NCBI RefSeq assembly: GCF_009557235.1
Contig: NZ_CP045650.1
Span: forward strand, 1,830,001-1,862,000
DNA: 32,000 nt
Direction: 5' to 3'
Source of the DNA: Acinetobacter wanghuae
Lineage (GTDB): Bacteria > Pseudomonadota > Gammaproteobacteria > Pseudomonadales > Moraxellaceae
Under the pieces are notes generated by a model. That model saw only the letters and a list, made by a program, of their open reading frames with translations. It ran no database searches and was not told the DNA's origin. Position numbers and translations under genes: made by a program. Below, piece after piece: positions 17,173-27,811 of this stretch; position 1 is the stretch's first letter, and every line of letters begins with the position of its first letter.

Positions 17173-17883
17173 CTAGGATTGAGATTGAGAGTTTTGAATC
17201 CATAATTGTCGACTTTTTAGCGGTCGATCGCCCATTAAAGCGGTAATGACCTGTCGATATAATTTCGTCAGTAATTGTAACTGTTCTTCATTAAAATCCC
17301 CACCATTTTGATAGCTCAACATGCTTAAAATCTGCTGACCCGATAAGCTTGCACGTGAAGCTTTCACTGCCGGTGAGAACCCTTCATTAATTTGAAAATA
17401 ATACTGTTGCAATGGATGAATTTCGGATTGAGTTGCATCAACTGAAAAATCAATGGCATAGCCTAGCTCTTCAAGCAAAATATGCTCAAATTGTCTTAAT
17501 ATCTGTTTTAAAAACTGATTAGGATTAGATTGCGTTGATAACAACTGCAATTGAGTCAACGTCTTGCCATATTGTTGGTAGGTTTTTGGCATTTCCACTT
17601 CAAGCGGACACAGACGTAATAATAATTCGTTTAAATAAAAGCCTGAAAAAAAGGCATCGCCAAAAAAGAAAATCGGCTGATTCACAATTTCAAGCTTGGT
17701 GAAATTTTTAAGTTCGGATTTACCTGAGGCTTGTAAACGAATCGGTTGATACTGTGGTGGCGGCATTTGCCTTAAAATTCCATCGATCCGCCCATGTTCT
17801 TGGGTAAATAAATGGATAATATGACTGCGTTCACGGTATTTACGATGATGAATTAAATAGCCATGCAACACTTCATTACGCAT
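17173..17883 (-). CDS. recO: DNA repair protein RecO
   Basis: 236-aa ORF in the conserved era-recO-pdxJ position. It has a RecO-like N-terminal OB region ([31 protein letters not shown]). Confidence 0.85.
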   Translation of the reverse strand: MRNEVLHGYLIHHRKYRERSHIIHLFTQEHGRIDGILRQMPPPQYQPIRLQASGKSELKNFTKLEIVNQPIFFFGDAFFSGFYLNELLLRLCPLEVEMPKTYQQYGKTLTQLQLLSTQSNPNQFLKQILRQFEHILLEELGYAIDFSVDATQSEIHPLQQYYFQINEGFSPAVKASRASLSGQQILSMLSYQNGGDFNEEQLQLLTKLYRQVITALMGDRPLKSRQLWIQNSQSQS

Positions 17884-17903
17884 AGCAATATGCTTTTGTC
17901 ATT

Positions 17904-18083
17904 TTATTTTGATTTTTCATCGTCATCATCCCCATCAGGAATAACGGCACCCACAACAGCTGCAGTGCCTTTGACTGCAACTTTTGTGGTTTTATATGCC
18001 ACTTTCACAGGAACCGTCACGAGCTTATGCACACAGCCTTGTAAAAAGAATACACATACAACGACGGATAATACTTTTATCAT
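17904..18083 (-). CDS. Small lipoprotein (59 aa), absent from the ORF track because it is below the length cutoff
   Basis: My own translation is MIKVLSVVVCVFFLQGCVHKLVTVPVKVAYKTTKVAVKGTAAVVGAVIPDGDDDDEKSK. It has a signal peptide with lipobox L-Q-G-C and an acidic tail. It fills the otherwise empty 236-bp era-recO gap in the same orientation. Confidence 0.7.
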   Translation of the reverse strand: MIKVLSVVVCVFFLQGCVHKLVTVPVKVAYKTTKVAVKGTAAVVGAVIPDGDDDDEKSK

Positions 18084-18119
18084 GAAAGTTCTCTGTTTCA
18101 GTTTTACATATGTTTGCTA

Positions 18120-19148
18120 TTAGATATCGCTATAACCTAAGCTTTTTAATGCACGTTCATCATCAGACCAACCGCCTTTCACTTTAACCCAAAGCGTCAG
18201 CATGATCTTCTGTTCGAACATTTTTTCCATATCAGCACGGGCGTCCATACCAATTTTTTTCAGTTTTGCACCTTTCTCACCAATCACAATGGCCTTTTGA
18301 CCTTGGCGATCGACAAAAATCGTTGCATCAATATACGTACATGCCGCTTTAGGTCGACCTGTTTTCTCATTAATGGTGGCTTCTTCCATTTTAAATGATT
18401 CAATTTGAACCGTTAAATCATATGGAAGCTCTTCACCCAATTGACGCATAATCTTTTCACGAATCACTTCAGAAGCAAGGAAACGCTCTGAACGATCGGT
18501 AATTTGATTTAACGAATACAACGGTGGCTGGAATGGCAAATACTGTTCAATTGTTTCACGTAAGCGATCCAAATTGGCAGCACGTAATGCAGATACCGGT
18601 ACGATTTCAGCAAAATTCATTAACTTCGCGCGCTCTAAAATAAGCGGTAAAGCATGATTTTTGTTCTCAAAGGTATCAATTTTATTGATCACAAGAATGA
18701 CGGGCATTTCTGCATGTTGTAATTTTTCCAACACAAGGTCGTCATTCGGTGTCCATTTGTCCGCATCGACCACGAACAACACCAAATTTACATCACGTAA
18801 AGCAGAATGCGCAGCACGGTTCATCATTTTATTGATGGCACGAACTTCTTTCTTGTGCATCCCCGGTGTATCAACAAATACAGCTTGAGATTTTTCGCGT
18901 GAATCAATCCCCACGATTTTATGACGTGTGGTTTGTGGCTTACGTGAAGTAATCGACAATTTTTGACCCAATAAATGGTTCATTAATGTTGATTTACCCA
19001 CGTTTGGACGACCGACAATGGCAACGAAACCACTGCGATAATCCGATGGAATATCTGTGCCCTGTTCACTAAAGAACTGGCTAATTAAGTCATTGCTGTC
19101 GCTTTGCGACTCGTGATCAGCATCAATGTGATCGGAATGAGTAGTCAT
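18120..19148 (-). CDS. era: GTPase Era
   Basis: The G motifs (GRPNVGKST, DTPG, NKID) and a C-terminal KH domain are present. The start overlaps the rnc stop (TAATG). Confidence 0.96.
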   Translation of the reverse strand: MTTHSDHIDADHESQSDSNDLISQFFSEQGTDIPSDYRSGFVAIVGRPNVGKSTLMNHLLGQKLSITSRKPQTTRHKIVGIDSREKSQAVFVDTPGMHKKEVRAINKMMNRAAHSALRDVNLVLFVVDADKWTPNDDLVLEKLQHAEMPVILVINKIDTFENKNHALPLILERAKLMNFAEIVPVSALRAANLDRLRETIEQYLPFQPPLYSLNQITDRSERFLASEVIREKIMRQLGEELPYDLTVQIESFKMEEATINEKTGRPKAACTYIDATIFVDRQGQKAIVIGEKGAKLKKIGMDARADMEKMFEQKIMLTLWVKVKGGWSDDERALKSLGYSDI

Positions 19149-19846
19149 TAAGACTGTTGCTCCACTAATTTTAAAATATCCGCCGCAACAGATTGCTCTG
19201 CGAAACGACGGCTTGAACCTTCACCACTCATCAAAGGTAAACCCTCAATCTGACATTCCACTTTGAAATGCTGATTGGGTGCATCGCCTTGAATATCTAC
19301 AACCTCGTAAACCGGGAGAGGCTTTTTACGTGCTTGTAAATACTCTTGCAGACGAGATTTCGGGTCTTTGAGTTGATCCGTAGGCTCAATATGGTCAAGG
19401 TAGGGTTCATACCATTTTAGCACAATGGCTTCTAGTCGCTTCATATCTGTACAATCGATATAAATTGCACCAATAATCGCTTCAACCGTGTCGGCTAAAA
19501 TAGATTCGCGGTGATGACCACCCGATTTAAGCTCACCCGTACTTAAAATCAAGTGTTGACTGAGTTTTAAATCATTTGCGATTTTACCTAATGCTTCTTG
19601 GCGAACCAGCGTTGCACGCATACGCGTTAAACGACCTTCATTTTCGCTCGGATAAGCATTATAGAGATAGTTCGCAATGATCATCCCTAAAAGAGAATCG
19701 CCTAGAAATTCTAGGCGTTCATAGTTTTGTTTATGACTGACTGAACGATGGGTCAGTGCCAACTTCAACAAATCAGTTTGGGTAAACTGATAGCCGATCC
19801 GGTTGGCAAGACGTTCATCATTTAGCTTTGACTGTGCTTTGATCAA
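19148..19846 (-). CDS. rnc: Ribonuclease III
   Basis: RNase III signature ERLEFLGDSLLG plus a C-terminal dsRBD (PKSRLQEYLQARK...). Confidence 0.96.
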   Translation of the reverse strand: MIKAQSKLNDERLANRIGYQFTQTDLLKLALTHRSVSHKQNYERLEFLGDSLLGMIIANYLYNAYPSENEGRLTRMRATLVRQEALGKIANDLKLSQHLILSTGELKSGGHHRESILADTVEAIIGAIYIDCTDMKRLEAIVLKWYEPYLDHIEPTDQLKDPKSRLQEYLQARKKPLPVYEVVDIQGDAPNQHFKVECQIEGLPLMSGEGSSRRFAEQSVAADILKLVEQQS

Positions 19847-20186
19847 AATCTTTCTCGAACTTCATCACTAAATCTATGTTCATTATGAAATTCTTACGAA
19901 CTTCATAATTTTTTTGAACCAGCAACTGACCATCATTGGCAACTTTAATATTGTCTTTAATATTAAAGTCACGGATATTATTCATATCCAAACGCTGACT
20001 AAGTTGCTGAACAAATTTTTCCGGGGTATTTTTCGGTGCAGATGCGATCAATTCTTCAATTTGACCATCTACCACGCGATCATCCCAATACGGTCCCCAT
20101 ACTGCAATTGCAACCTTGGCAATAAATGCAAAGCCGACAATGGCAAATAAAATTGCAAAATACGATGCACCCTTCTGATGTCTCAT
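19818..20186 (-). CDS. DUF4845-family membrane-anchored protein
   Basis: 122-aa ORF with an N-terminal TM helix (ASYFAILFAIVGFAFIAKVAIAVW), in the conserved lepB-rnc interval. Confidence 0.75.
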   Translation of the reverse strand: MRHQKGASYFAILFAIVGFAFIAKVAIAVWGPYWDDRVVDGQIEELIASAPKNTPEKFVQQLSQRLDMNNIRDFNIKDNIKVANDGQLLVQKNYEVRKNFIMNIDLVMKFEKDFDQSTVKAK

Positions 20187-20211
20187 TTTTTTATTTTCCT
20201 AATTGAAACGT

Positions 20212-21039
20212 TTATTGAATTGTTCCGTTTCGATTAAAGGAAGGCAACTTCAGACCCGGTTCTTTATGCATCCAAATATAGAATGCACGACCTGTTAAGT
20301 TTTCTTCAGGCACCAATCCCCAAAAACGGCTGTCAGCACTTTGATCACGATTATCCCCCATCGCAAAGTAATGACCTTCCGGAACTTTTACTTCCCAATA
20401 TAAACCATTTTCTCTTGAATATTTACCATTTTCAACAAAGTTGATGTACGGCGCCTGACGAGCAACATTCACCCCATCAAGTTCACGCATGGTGAAAGTA
20501 TGCTCACCCAGCGTTTCTTGGTGATAAATTGAAGTCGGTGTATCAAAACGGTCTTTCTCGCGTGAAAACTCAATGGCTTTCTTCGGCACTTTTTGACCAT
20601 TAATGGTGAGTTGACCATGATCATAGACAATATGATCGCCCGGCAAACCGACAATACGCTTGATATAGCTAATGGTCGGTTGTGGTGGATAACGGAATAC
20701 CGCCACTTCACCGCGCTCAGGGCGACCTGTATCAATAATTTTGGTGTTGAGAATAGGCAATTTTACGCCATATTCAAACTTATTGACCAAAATAAAATCA
20801 CCCGTTTCTAAAGTCGGCACCATAGAATCCGATGGAATATTAAAAGGCTCATATAAGAATGAACGTAAGACCAAGACAACCGTCAGTACCGGCCAGAAAT
20901 CGTAAGCCCATGTGATAATGACATTTTCATTACCCTTGCCCTTGGTTTGTCTTTGCTTAAAGACAAACTTATCCAGTAGCCACACTGCAATAAAAAACAG
21001 CGTTGCAGGTACAAGAATTAAATTAAAATCAAAATCCAT
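20212..21039 (-). CDS. lepB: Signal peptidase I
   Basis: Catalytic Ser motif PSDSMVPTL, Lys box YIKRIVGLPGD, and the GDNRDQSADSR motif. Confidence 0.95.
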   Translation of the reverse strand: MDFDFNLILVPATLFFIAVWLLDKFVFKQRQTKGKGNENVIITWAYDFWPVLTVVLVLRSFLYEPFNIPSDSMVPTLETGDFILVNKFEYGVKLPILNTKIIDTGRPERGEVAVFRYPPQPTISYIKRIVGLPGDHIVYDHGQLTINGQKVPKKAIEFSREKDRFDTPTSIYHQETLGEHTFTMRELDGVNVARQAPYINFVENGKYSRENGLYWEVKVPEGHYFAMGDNRDQSADSRFWGLVPEENLTGRAFYIWMHKEPGLKLPSFNRNGTIQ

Positions 21040-21056
21040 GGGTTATTTCCTTTCTT

Positions 21057-22874
21057 CTAGCGTTCGACTTTTAATACAGCTAAGAACGCTTCTTGTGGGA
21101 TTTCGACACTACCCACTTGCTTCATACGTTTCTTACCTTCTTTCTGTTTAGAAAGCAGTTTTTTCTTACGTGAAACGTCACCGCCATAACATTTCGCCAA
21201 TACGTTTTTACGCATTGCTTTTACGGTTGAACGCGCAATAATTTGTGCACCAATGGCAGCCTGAATTGCCACATCAAACATTTGACGTGGAATCAAGTCT
21301 TTCATTTTATCAACCAATGCAATACCACGATGACGGGCATCGTTACGGTGGCAAATCATCGCCAAAGCATCGACTTTATCACCATTGATCAAAACATCGA
21401 CTTTCACCAATGATGAACTTTCAAAACGAACAAAGTTATAATCGAGTGATGCAAAACCACGTGAACATGATTTCAATTTATCAAAGAAATCCATCACGAC
21501 TTCTGCCATTGGAATTTCAAAAGTAATCGATACTTGGTTACCTAAGAACTTCATGTCTTTTTGCACACCACGGCGTTCCACACAAAGTGTCATCACGTTA
21601 CCCAAGTAATCTTGGGGTACTAAAATATGACATTCAGCAATGGGTTCGCGTAAGTCTTCAACTGTTGAACCATCTGGCATTTTTGACGGACTGTCGATAT
21701 AAACGGTTTGACCATTTTTCAACACCGCTTCATAAATCACCGTTGGTGCAGATGAAATCAGGTCTAAATCGTATTCACGCTCTAAACGTTCTTGAACGAT
21801 TTCCATGTGCAGCATCCCTAAGAAGCCACAACGAAAACCAAAGCCTAATGCATCTGAACTTTCAGGTTCAAAGAATAAAGCCGAGTCATTAATTTGTAAT
21901 TTATGTAGCGCTTCACGGAATGGTTCGAAGTCACTAGCATCAATCGGGAATAAACCCGCATACACCTGTGGTTTGACCTTTTTGAAGCCTGGCAAAATTT
22001 CAACATCAGGTGTTGTTGCAAGGGTAATCGTATCACCGACTGGCGCACCAAAGATGTCTTTAATCCCTGCAATCACAAAGCCTACTTCACCTGCTTCTAA
22101 AATACCGGTTTCATGATGCTTAGGATTAAAAATACCCACAGAAGTCACCATATGGGTTTGACCGGTTGATTTCACCAACATTTTGTCGCCCTTACGGATA
22201 CGACCTTCTTTAACACGTACTAAAGACACCACGCCTAGGTAGTTATCAAACCAAGAATCGACGATCAACGCTTGTAATGCAGCATCACGATCACCGACTG
22301 GATGTGGAATAACATCAACCAAACGCTCTAAGACACCTTCAACACCTAAACCGGTTTTTGCAGAACACGTCGGTGCATCGACTGCTTCGACGCCAATAAT
22401 GTCTTCAATTTCTTGAATCACACGTTCAGGTTCAGCTTGCGGTAAATCAATTTTGTTTAAAACTGGTAGAACTTCAAGACCTTGCTCAATCGCGGTATAG
22501 CAGTTTGCTACAGATTGCGCTTCTACGCCTTGTGCAGCATCAACGACCAATAATGCACCTTCACATGCCGCCAATGAACGTGACACTTCATAAGAAAAGT
22601 CAACGTGTCCTGGGGTATCAATGAAGTTCAATTGGTATTCTTGACCATTCGGATGGGTGTAATACAACGTCACCGAAGCGGCTTTAATGGTAATCCCACG
22701 TTCGCGTTCAATATCCATTGAGTCAAGTACTTGCGCTTGCATTTCACGGTCTTGCAAACCACCACAGGTTTGAATAAAACGATCAGCAAGGGTCGATTTA
22801 CCGTGGTCAATATGCGCAATAATCGAGAAGTTACGAATGTTTTTAATATCAACAGATTGTTTAGCTTGCGCCAT
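21057..22874 (-). CDS. lepA: Translation elongation factor 4 (LepA)
   Basis: 605-aa ORF with [33 protein letters not shown] and the LepA C-terminal domain. Confidence 0.97.
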   Translation of the reverse strand: MAQAKQSVDIKNIRNFSIIAHIDHGKSTLADRFIQTCGGLQDREMQAQVLDSMDIERERGITIKAASVTLYYTHPNGQEYQLNFIDTPGHVDFSYEVSRSLAACEGALLVVDAAQGVEAQSVANCYTAIEQGLEVLPVLNKIDLPQAEPERVIQEIEDIIGVEAVDAPTCSAKTGLGVEGVLERLVDVIPHPVGDRDAALQALIVDSWFDNYLGVVSLVRVKEGRIRKGDKMLVKSTGQTHMVTSVGIFNPKHHETGILEAGEVGFVIAGIKDIFGAPVGDTITLATTPDVEILPGFKKVKPQVYAGLFPIDASDFEPFREALHKLQINDSALFFEPESSDALGFGFRCGFLGMLHMEIVQERLEREYDLDLISSAPTVIYEAVLKNGQTVYIDSPSKMPDGSTVEDLREPIAECHILVPQDYLGNVMTLCVERRGVQKDMKFLGNQVSITFEIPMAEVVMDFFDKLKSCSRGFASLDYNFVRFESSSLVKVDVLINGDKVDALAMICHRNDARHRGIALVDKMKDLIPRQMFDVAIQAAIGAQIIARSTVKAMRKNVLAKCYGGDVSRKKKLLSKQKEGKKRMKQVGSVEIPQEAFLAVLKVER

Positions 22875-23027
22875 GGGTTACCTTAAGAAAAAACACGCCA
22901 TACAAATGAAAAGTCTTGTACAGCAAAAGCCAATTAGAAATTGCGATGGATTATAGCAGATGGATTTTTCAATGTATCCAAAATTCATCAATTCCTTTTC
23001 GCCCGCATTTATGAATCTAGATTTTTC

Positions 23028-23534
23028 TTAGGAATTCGATTCTTTTGGCTCAAGGGTTGCATCATACATACTAAAATCATACGGGTTTAAGGATGCATCC
23101 ATGGGCTGATAGGCTTGACTAAATGTGGGTGACATTCGTTTTGGACGACCACTGGCAATCTCCACACACGCCCATTTGGTATTTCCCATAAATAAAACAC
23201 TTTGATCACTCAGACGATAAAATGCATATTGGCGAAAAGAATACAGCGCATTGATATCATTCAGCCAAGTGCGCAATACAACCTCCTCGCCTTCAAATGC
23301 CGCTTTGCGATATTGCACATGATGTTCAACGGCTACCATGGCATGTTTTAACGCGATATATTCTTTCAACCCTAAACCGAGCTGTTCAATGTGCAGCGTT
23401 GCAACATCTTGCATCCATTGCACATAGACGACATTGTTGACATGACCGAGTTGATCAATATGTTCTGCTTTGACTTTGATGGTGACATCAAATATATCGC
23501 TCATGCGGCTTTTATCCATCAGGCTATTTTTCAT
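23028..23534 (-). CDS. YbgC/4HBT-type acyl-CoA thioesterase (hotdog fold)
   Basis: HIDQLGHVNNVVYVQW motif. The ORF-track start at 23594 lies inside the degP terminator, so a downstream ATG must be used: 23534, 23519 or 23504. 23504 (MSDIFDV...) gives the most typical length. Confidence 0.8.
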   Translation of the reverse strand: MKNSLMDKSRMSDIFDVTIKVKAEHIDQLGHVNNVVYVQWMQDVATLHIEQLGLGLKEYIALKHAMVAVEHHVQYRKAAFEGEEVVLRTWLNDINALYSFRQYAFYRLSDQSVLFMGNTKWACVEIASGRPKRMSPTFSQAYQPMDASLNPYDFSMYDATLEPKESNS

Positions 23535-23580
23535 AGCATTCAGTGTAATGAAATTAAACCCAAGGTAAATTGCAAAATAT

Positions 23581-23609
23581 AAAAAAACCGCCAAATTATG
23601 GCGGTTTTT
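23581..23609 (-). terminator. Rho-independent terminator after the DegP-like protease
   Basis: AAAACCGCC-(7 nt)-GGCGGTTTT with a T7 run on the minus strand, 20 nt after the stop. Confidence 0.88.
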
Positions 23610-23628
23610 AATTGAGGCTTAAATGATC

Positions 23629-25014
23629 TTATTGGATACGCATACCCACAATCGCACGTTGACCTTGGCGAATAATGGCAACACGCGCCACCGTACCATT
23701 CTTCAATTCTGAGACCACATCAACAAATTGTTTGCTATTCAGTACCGTTTTACCATTTACAGAAGTGACCACATCATTCGGTTGAATACGTGCTTGTGCA
23801 GCCAAACCACCTGCACGAACATCTTGAATCAATATGCCACCTTTGACCTCTAAACGGGTCAGCTCAGCTTGTGTCAGATCACGAATAGAGACGCCTAAAA
23901 CTGGCCCCTTGGTGGTATTATTCTGCGTAGTCGATTTTGCTGGCGTATCATCTGGCGCTGTATCTAAGGTTGCAGAAATGCTACGGCGTTTGTCATCACG
24001 TAAAATATCAAGACTAATTTTTTGCTTCGGCGCTGAACGATTTAAGTAATTCAATAATTCACTGGTACGTGAAATCGCTGTCCCGTTATATTTTAAAATT
24101 ACATCGCCCGCTTGTAATCCTGCACGCGCTGCCGGTGAGTTGGGCGCAACTTGTGTCACCAATGAACCTTCAGGTTTCGATAAATTATAAGATTCTGCCA
24201 AATTACGGTCGATATCTTGCAAACTCACCCCTAAATATGAACGAGTCACTTTACCGTTTTTCTTAAGTTGCTCGGCAACATCCATGGCTACATCAATTGG
24301 AATGGAGAATGAAAGCCCCATATAACCGCCTGTACCACTAAAGATACGTGAGTTGACCCCCACCACTTCACCACGTTGGTTAAACAATGGACCACCCGAG
24401 TTACCCGGATTTAGCGCAACATCGGTTTGGATAAAAGGTACAGAGGTTTCACCCATCATATTACGCATTTTGGCACTGACAATGCCCGCTGACGCAGAAT
24501 AATCAAAACCAAAAGGTGAACCAATCGCAAGAACAGGTTCGCCTACACGGAGTTGATCGACATTACCAGTACGTAGTTCAGGAAAACTACCACCCGATAC
24601 TTTTAATAATGCCACATCCGTCCGTTCGTCACTGCCGACCACGGTCACATCAATTTCACGGCGGTCATTTAAAGTAATGGTGACTTTAGAGGCATCTTCC
24701 ACCACGTGATGGTTGGTAAGTAAATAACCATCTTTACTAATAAAGAACGCACTACCATAACCGGTCTTTTCTTGTGGTGCGCGTTGCTGCGGAATAATAA
24801 TTTGATTACCAAAAAAACGGCGCAGAATTTCAGGAACTTGCTGTTGCAGCAGTTCTTGTTCACTCATTTTCTTGACAACATTGACGCTTACCACCGCAGG
24901 ACTGACTTGTTCCACCAAATTTGAGAAATCGACAGGACTGGCAGCATTGACATGACATGCCGTCATTGTGAATGCGAAGGCACACAGACCTTGAGTGAGG
25001 ACATTGTTTTTCAT
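23629..25014 (-). CDS. Periplasmic serine endoprotease, DegP/MucD (HtrA) family
   Basis: Signal peptide, catalytic triad context (TNHHVV, DVALLKV, GNSGGPL) and two PDZ domains. Confidence 0.93.
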   Translation of the reverse strand: MKNNVLTQGLCAFAFTMTACHVNAASPVDFSNLVEQVSPAVVSVNVVKKMSEQELLQQQVPEILRRFFGNQIIIPQQRAPQEKTGYGSAFFISKDGYLLTNHHVVEDASKVTITLNDRREIDVTVVGSDERTDVALLKVSGGSFPELRTGNVDQLRVGEPVLAIGSPFGFDYSASAGIVSAKMRNMMGETSVPFIQTDVALNPGNSGGPLFNQRGEVVGVNSRIFSGTGGYMGLSFSIPIDVAMDVAEQLKKNGKVTRSYLGVSLQDIDRNLAESYNLSKPEGSLVTQVAPNSPAARAGLQAGDVILKYNGTAISRTSELLNYLNRSAPKQKISLDILRDDKRRSISATLDTAPDDTPAKSTTQNNTTKGPVLGVSIRDLTQAELTRLEVKGGILIQDVRAGGLAAQARIQPNDVVTSVNGKTVLNSKQFVDVVSELKNGTVARVAIIRQGQRAIVGMRIQ

Positions 25015-25248
25015 ATCAAGTCTCTATTCCTTTAAAATTATTGCTATAAATATGATGTATTTGTAGCATAACGTGAAATCACTTTGGATAAATATATGTA
25101 AATATTTCATCCATAATTGCTCCACAATTATTCCAAATCATAAGATATATTGATTCTTTTTTTCATGATTTAACGCGTGTTAATGCTTGCATTTTATACA
25201 AAAAAAAGCTGTTATTAGCGAACTTTCATTTTCGATATGCTGATGAAT

Positions 25249-26886
25249 ATGTCTAATTTACACACAACACATCATTTTGATGTGATTATTGTGGGCAGTG
25301 GCGGTGCAGGTCTGAGTTTAGCCTTATCTCTACCGGATCATTTTAAAATTGCGCTTCTGGCAAAATCAACATTAACCGATGCGAGTACTTATTTTGCGCA
25401 AGGTGGCATCGCTGCTGTTTTAGACGAAACCGATTCTCTAGAACAGCATATTGATGACACTATGATTGCTGGTGCACAATTATGTGAATTAGATTCCGTC
25501 AAGCAAACGGTGGAAGGCGGCAAACCTTCGGTCGATTTTTTATTAAAGCATGGCGTGCAATTTACTTTGGATGAACAAGCACAATTACATTTAACCCGTG
25601 AAGGGGGGCATTCTCAACGGCGTATTATTCATGCAGCAGATGCAACTGGTCGTGCAATTTCGAGTACCTTAGTACAACGTGCCCAAGAAAAATCCAATAT
25701 CCATATTTTTGAAAATTATATTGCGATTGATTTAATCAGCTCACAAAAATTAGCCCTTGAAGGTGAAAACCGTGCTTTGGGGCTGTACGCACTGAATGAA
25801 AAAAATGAAAAAGTGCACACCTTTTTAGCACCCTTTACCGCTCTTGCCTGTGGCGGTGCAATGAAAGCCTATTTATATACATCCAATCCTGATATTGCGA
25901 CAGGCGATGGTATTGCTATGGCCTATCGTGCCGGTTGCCGTGTGGCGAATATGGAATTTAATCAGTTCCATCCGACCTGCTTATATCATCCGCAAGCACG
26001 TTCTTTTTTAATTACCGAAGCCATGCGCGGTGAAGGCGCCTATTTACGCCTACCTGATGGTGAGCGTTTTATGCTGCGCTTTGACGAACGCGCTGAACTT
26101 GCTCCGCGTGATATTGTCGCGCGTGCGATTGATTATGAAATTAAACGCCTTGGTATTCGCCATGTATGGTTAGACATTACCCATAAAGATGAAGCCTTCA
26201 TTCAAGAGCATTTCCCGACGTTGTATGCGCGCTTACTTGAACTTGGCATTGATATTACGCAGGAAATGATTCCTGTGGTTCCTGCTGCGCACTATACCTG
26301 TGGTGGTGTGGTCGTTGATGAGCATAGCCAAACTGATATCAAAGGTTTATACGCGATTGGTGAAACGTCTTACACAGGCTTGCATGGTGCAAACCGAATG
26401 GCAAGTAACTCACTTTTAGAATGCTTCGTCTATGGTATGAGTGCCGCTCAGCATATTCAAAATCAATATCATGACAATTATCAGTCACCTAATGTGCCCG
26501 CTTGGGATGATTCACAAGTCACTAACCCAGATGAAGACGTGGTCATTTTGCAAAACTGGGATGAATTACGTCAAACCATGTGGAACTATGTCGGCATTGT
26601 ACGCACCACAAAGCGCCTTGAACGCGCACTACACCGCATTGAAATGCTAAAAACTGAAATTACCGAATATTATCAAGACTATCAGGTGAGTAAGAACCTG
26701 ATTGAGCTACGTAATTTGGTTCTGGTCTCGGAAATGATTGTACGTTGCGCAATGGCGCGGCAAGAATCTCGCGGCTTGCATTTCACTTTGGATTATCCTG
26801 AGCTATTACCTGAGCTGCGTAAAACGGTACTTAGTCCACCAAACTTTGCGCTTGAGCAACCCTTAGTCAATCTTGAAGTGGTTTAG
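25249..26886 (+). CDS. nadB: L-aspartate oxidase
   Basis: FAD motif [16 protein letters not shown] plus the NadB core ([36 protein letters not shown]). The start is ambiguous among 25237, 25243 and 25249. 25249 gives the E. coli-like N-terminal length. Confidence 0.94.
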   Translation: MSNLHTTHHFDVIIVGSGGAGLSLALSLPDHFKIALLAKSTLTDASTYFAQGGIAAVLDETDSLEQHIDDTMIAGAQLCELDSVKQTVEGGKPSVDFLLKHGVQFTLDEQAQLHLTREGGHSQRRIIHAADATGRAISSTLVQRAQEKSNIHIFENYIAIDLISSQKLALEGENRALGLYALNEKNEKVHTFLAPFTALACGGAMKAYLYTSNPDIATGDGIAMAYRAGCRVANMEFNQFHPTCLYHPQARSFLITEAMRGEGAYLRLPDGERFMLRFDERAELAPRDIVARAIDYEIKRLGIRHVWLDITHKDEAFIQEHFPTLYARLLELGIDITQEMIPVVPAAHYTCGGVVVDEHSQTDIKGLYAIGETSYTGLHGANRMASNSLLECFVYGMSAAQHIQNQYHDNYQSPNVPAWDDSQVTNPDEDVVILQNWDELRQTMWNYVGIVRTTKRLERALHRIEMLKTEITEYYQDYQVSKNLIELRNLVLVSEMIVRCAMARQESRGLHFTLDYPELLPELRKTVLSPPNFALEQPLVNLEVV

Positions 26887-26908
26887 CAGTAGTTGAAGTG
26901 CAAGATTT

Positions 26909-26937
26909 AAAAGCCAAGACCCCATCTTGGCTTTTTT
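26909..26937. terminator. Bidirectional terminator shared by nadB and the convergent deacylase gene
   Basis: AAAAGCCAAGA-cccca-TCTTGGCTTTT. It overlaps the stop codon of the minus-strand gene. Confidence 0.88.
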
Positions 26938-27805
26938 ATTTGCGGAACACACGAATAGCAGCTTCAAAACTTTTCAAATGAATTTGAACTAAATCATCTA
27001 AATTTTGATAACCGCCTGCCAATACGAACATCATCGGAATCTGAGATTTTTTTGCTAAAGAAAAAACCATTTCTTCACGCTTGGCGATCAAATCCGTGTT
27101 AAACCATGCTGAACCGAATGGATCGGCTTGATGACAATCCATACCAGCTTGATAAATAATCAGATCCGCCTTCCATGCTTGTGCCATATGAAAACCTTCA
27201 TGCACAGCCAAAGTATATTGAGCAAAACTTCCCTGTTTAGGATGGACATAACGTGTATGGCAACGCTCATAAGTCGGACAACCAAAAGGCAAACCATAAA
27301 TACTAAAATTAAATAAATTATCTAAGCGGCGGGTAAATTCTGCTGTGCCATTTCCACCATGTTGGTCGCAATCTAAAACAAAAATACGTTTATTGGGAAA
27401 TTTCTGTGCCACCAAAGCCAAACCATTTAAAGTACAAAATGATCCGCCATATTCGTAGACTGCATGATGAAAGCCTTGGGCAATATTCGCTGAAACACCA
27501 TTTTTCCAAGCCAATTCTGCTGCCAAAATCTGCCCTGCATTAATCTTAAGTACGGCATCACGCAGTTGCTCATTCCACGGCTTAAAGCCTGAAAATGTCG
27601 CTAATTTTTCTGGTGTCCCCGTTAAAAATGCATCGATATATTTTGGGTCATGCAATTGTTTTAAGAGCTCAAGATCAAGACTTTCCGGTTCATGAAACTT
27701 AATTTTTTTCCACGACTTTAAAGCGTTCGCCACTGCGGTCAGCTTTTCCATACTATTGGTATGGGTGTGCGCAAAGTAGTCAGGGGAATAACATACATCT
27801 AGCAT
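26936..27805 (-). CDS. Zn-dependent deacetylase/deacylase of the histone deacetylase (arginase-deacetylase) fold, minimal 289-aa form
   Basis: All four catalytic signatures are visible in the translation. These are the His-His pair (GFHHA), the Asp/His metal ligands (LDCDQHGGNG), the third ligand (GMDCHQADP) and the catalytic Tyr (LAGGYQ). Confidence 0.85.
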   Translation of the reverse strand: MLDVCYSPDYFAHTHTNSMEKLTAVANALKSWKKIKFHEPESLDLELLKQLHDPKYIDAFLTGTPEKLATFSGFKPWNEQLRDAVLKINAGQILAAELAWKNGVSANIAQGFHHAVYEYGGSFCTLNGLALVAQKFPNKRIFVLDCDQHGGNGTAEFTRRLDNLFNFSIYGLPFGCPTYERCHTRYVHPKQGSFAQYTLAVHEGFHMAQAWKADLIIYQAGMDCHQADPFGSAWFNTDLIAKREEMVFSLAKKSQIPMMFVLAGGYQNLDDLVQIHLKSFEAAIRVFRK

Positions 27806-27811
27806 GCTTCA

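Noticed and set aside
17863-18123. Plus-strand 86-aa ORF in the era-recO gap
   Set aside because: It is antisense to the whole operon, has no SD, and translates to low-complexity Ser/Thr sequence. The minus-strand 59-aa lipoprotein ORF explains the gap better.
21587-22116. ORFs nested within lepA on the plus strand (21587-21892, 21805-22116) and in an alternative minus-strand frame (21845-22072), with similar nested ORFs in degP, nadB, lepB, queF and others
   Set aside because: All lie inside long, motif-supported genes and show no start-site signals. They are treated as frame noise.
25218-25246. GAACTT followed about 15 nt later by TGATGA upstream of nadB, reminiscent of a sigmaE-type -35/-10 next to a degP/mucD-like gene
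   Set aside because: The -10 part does not match TCAAA. The orientation points toward nadB rather than the protease, and it overlaps the candidate nadB start codons.
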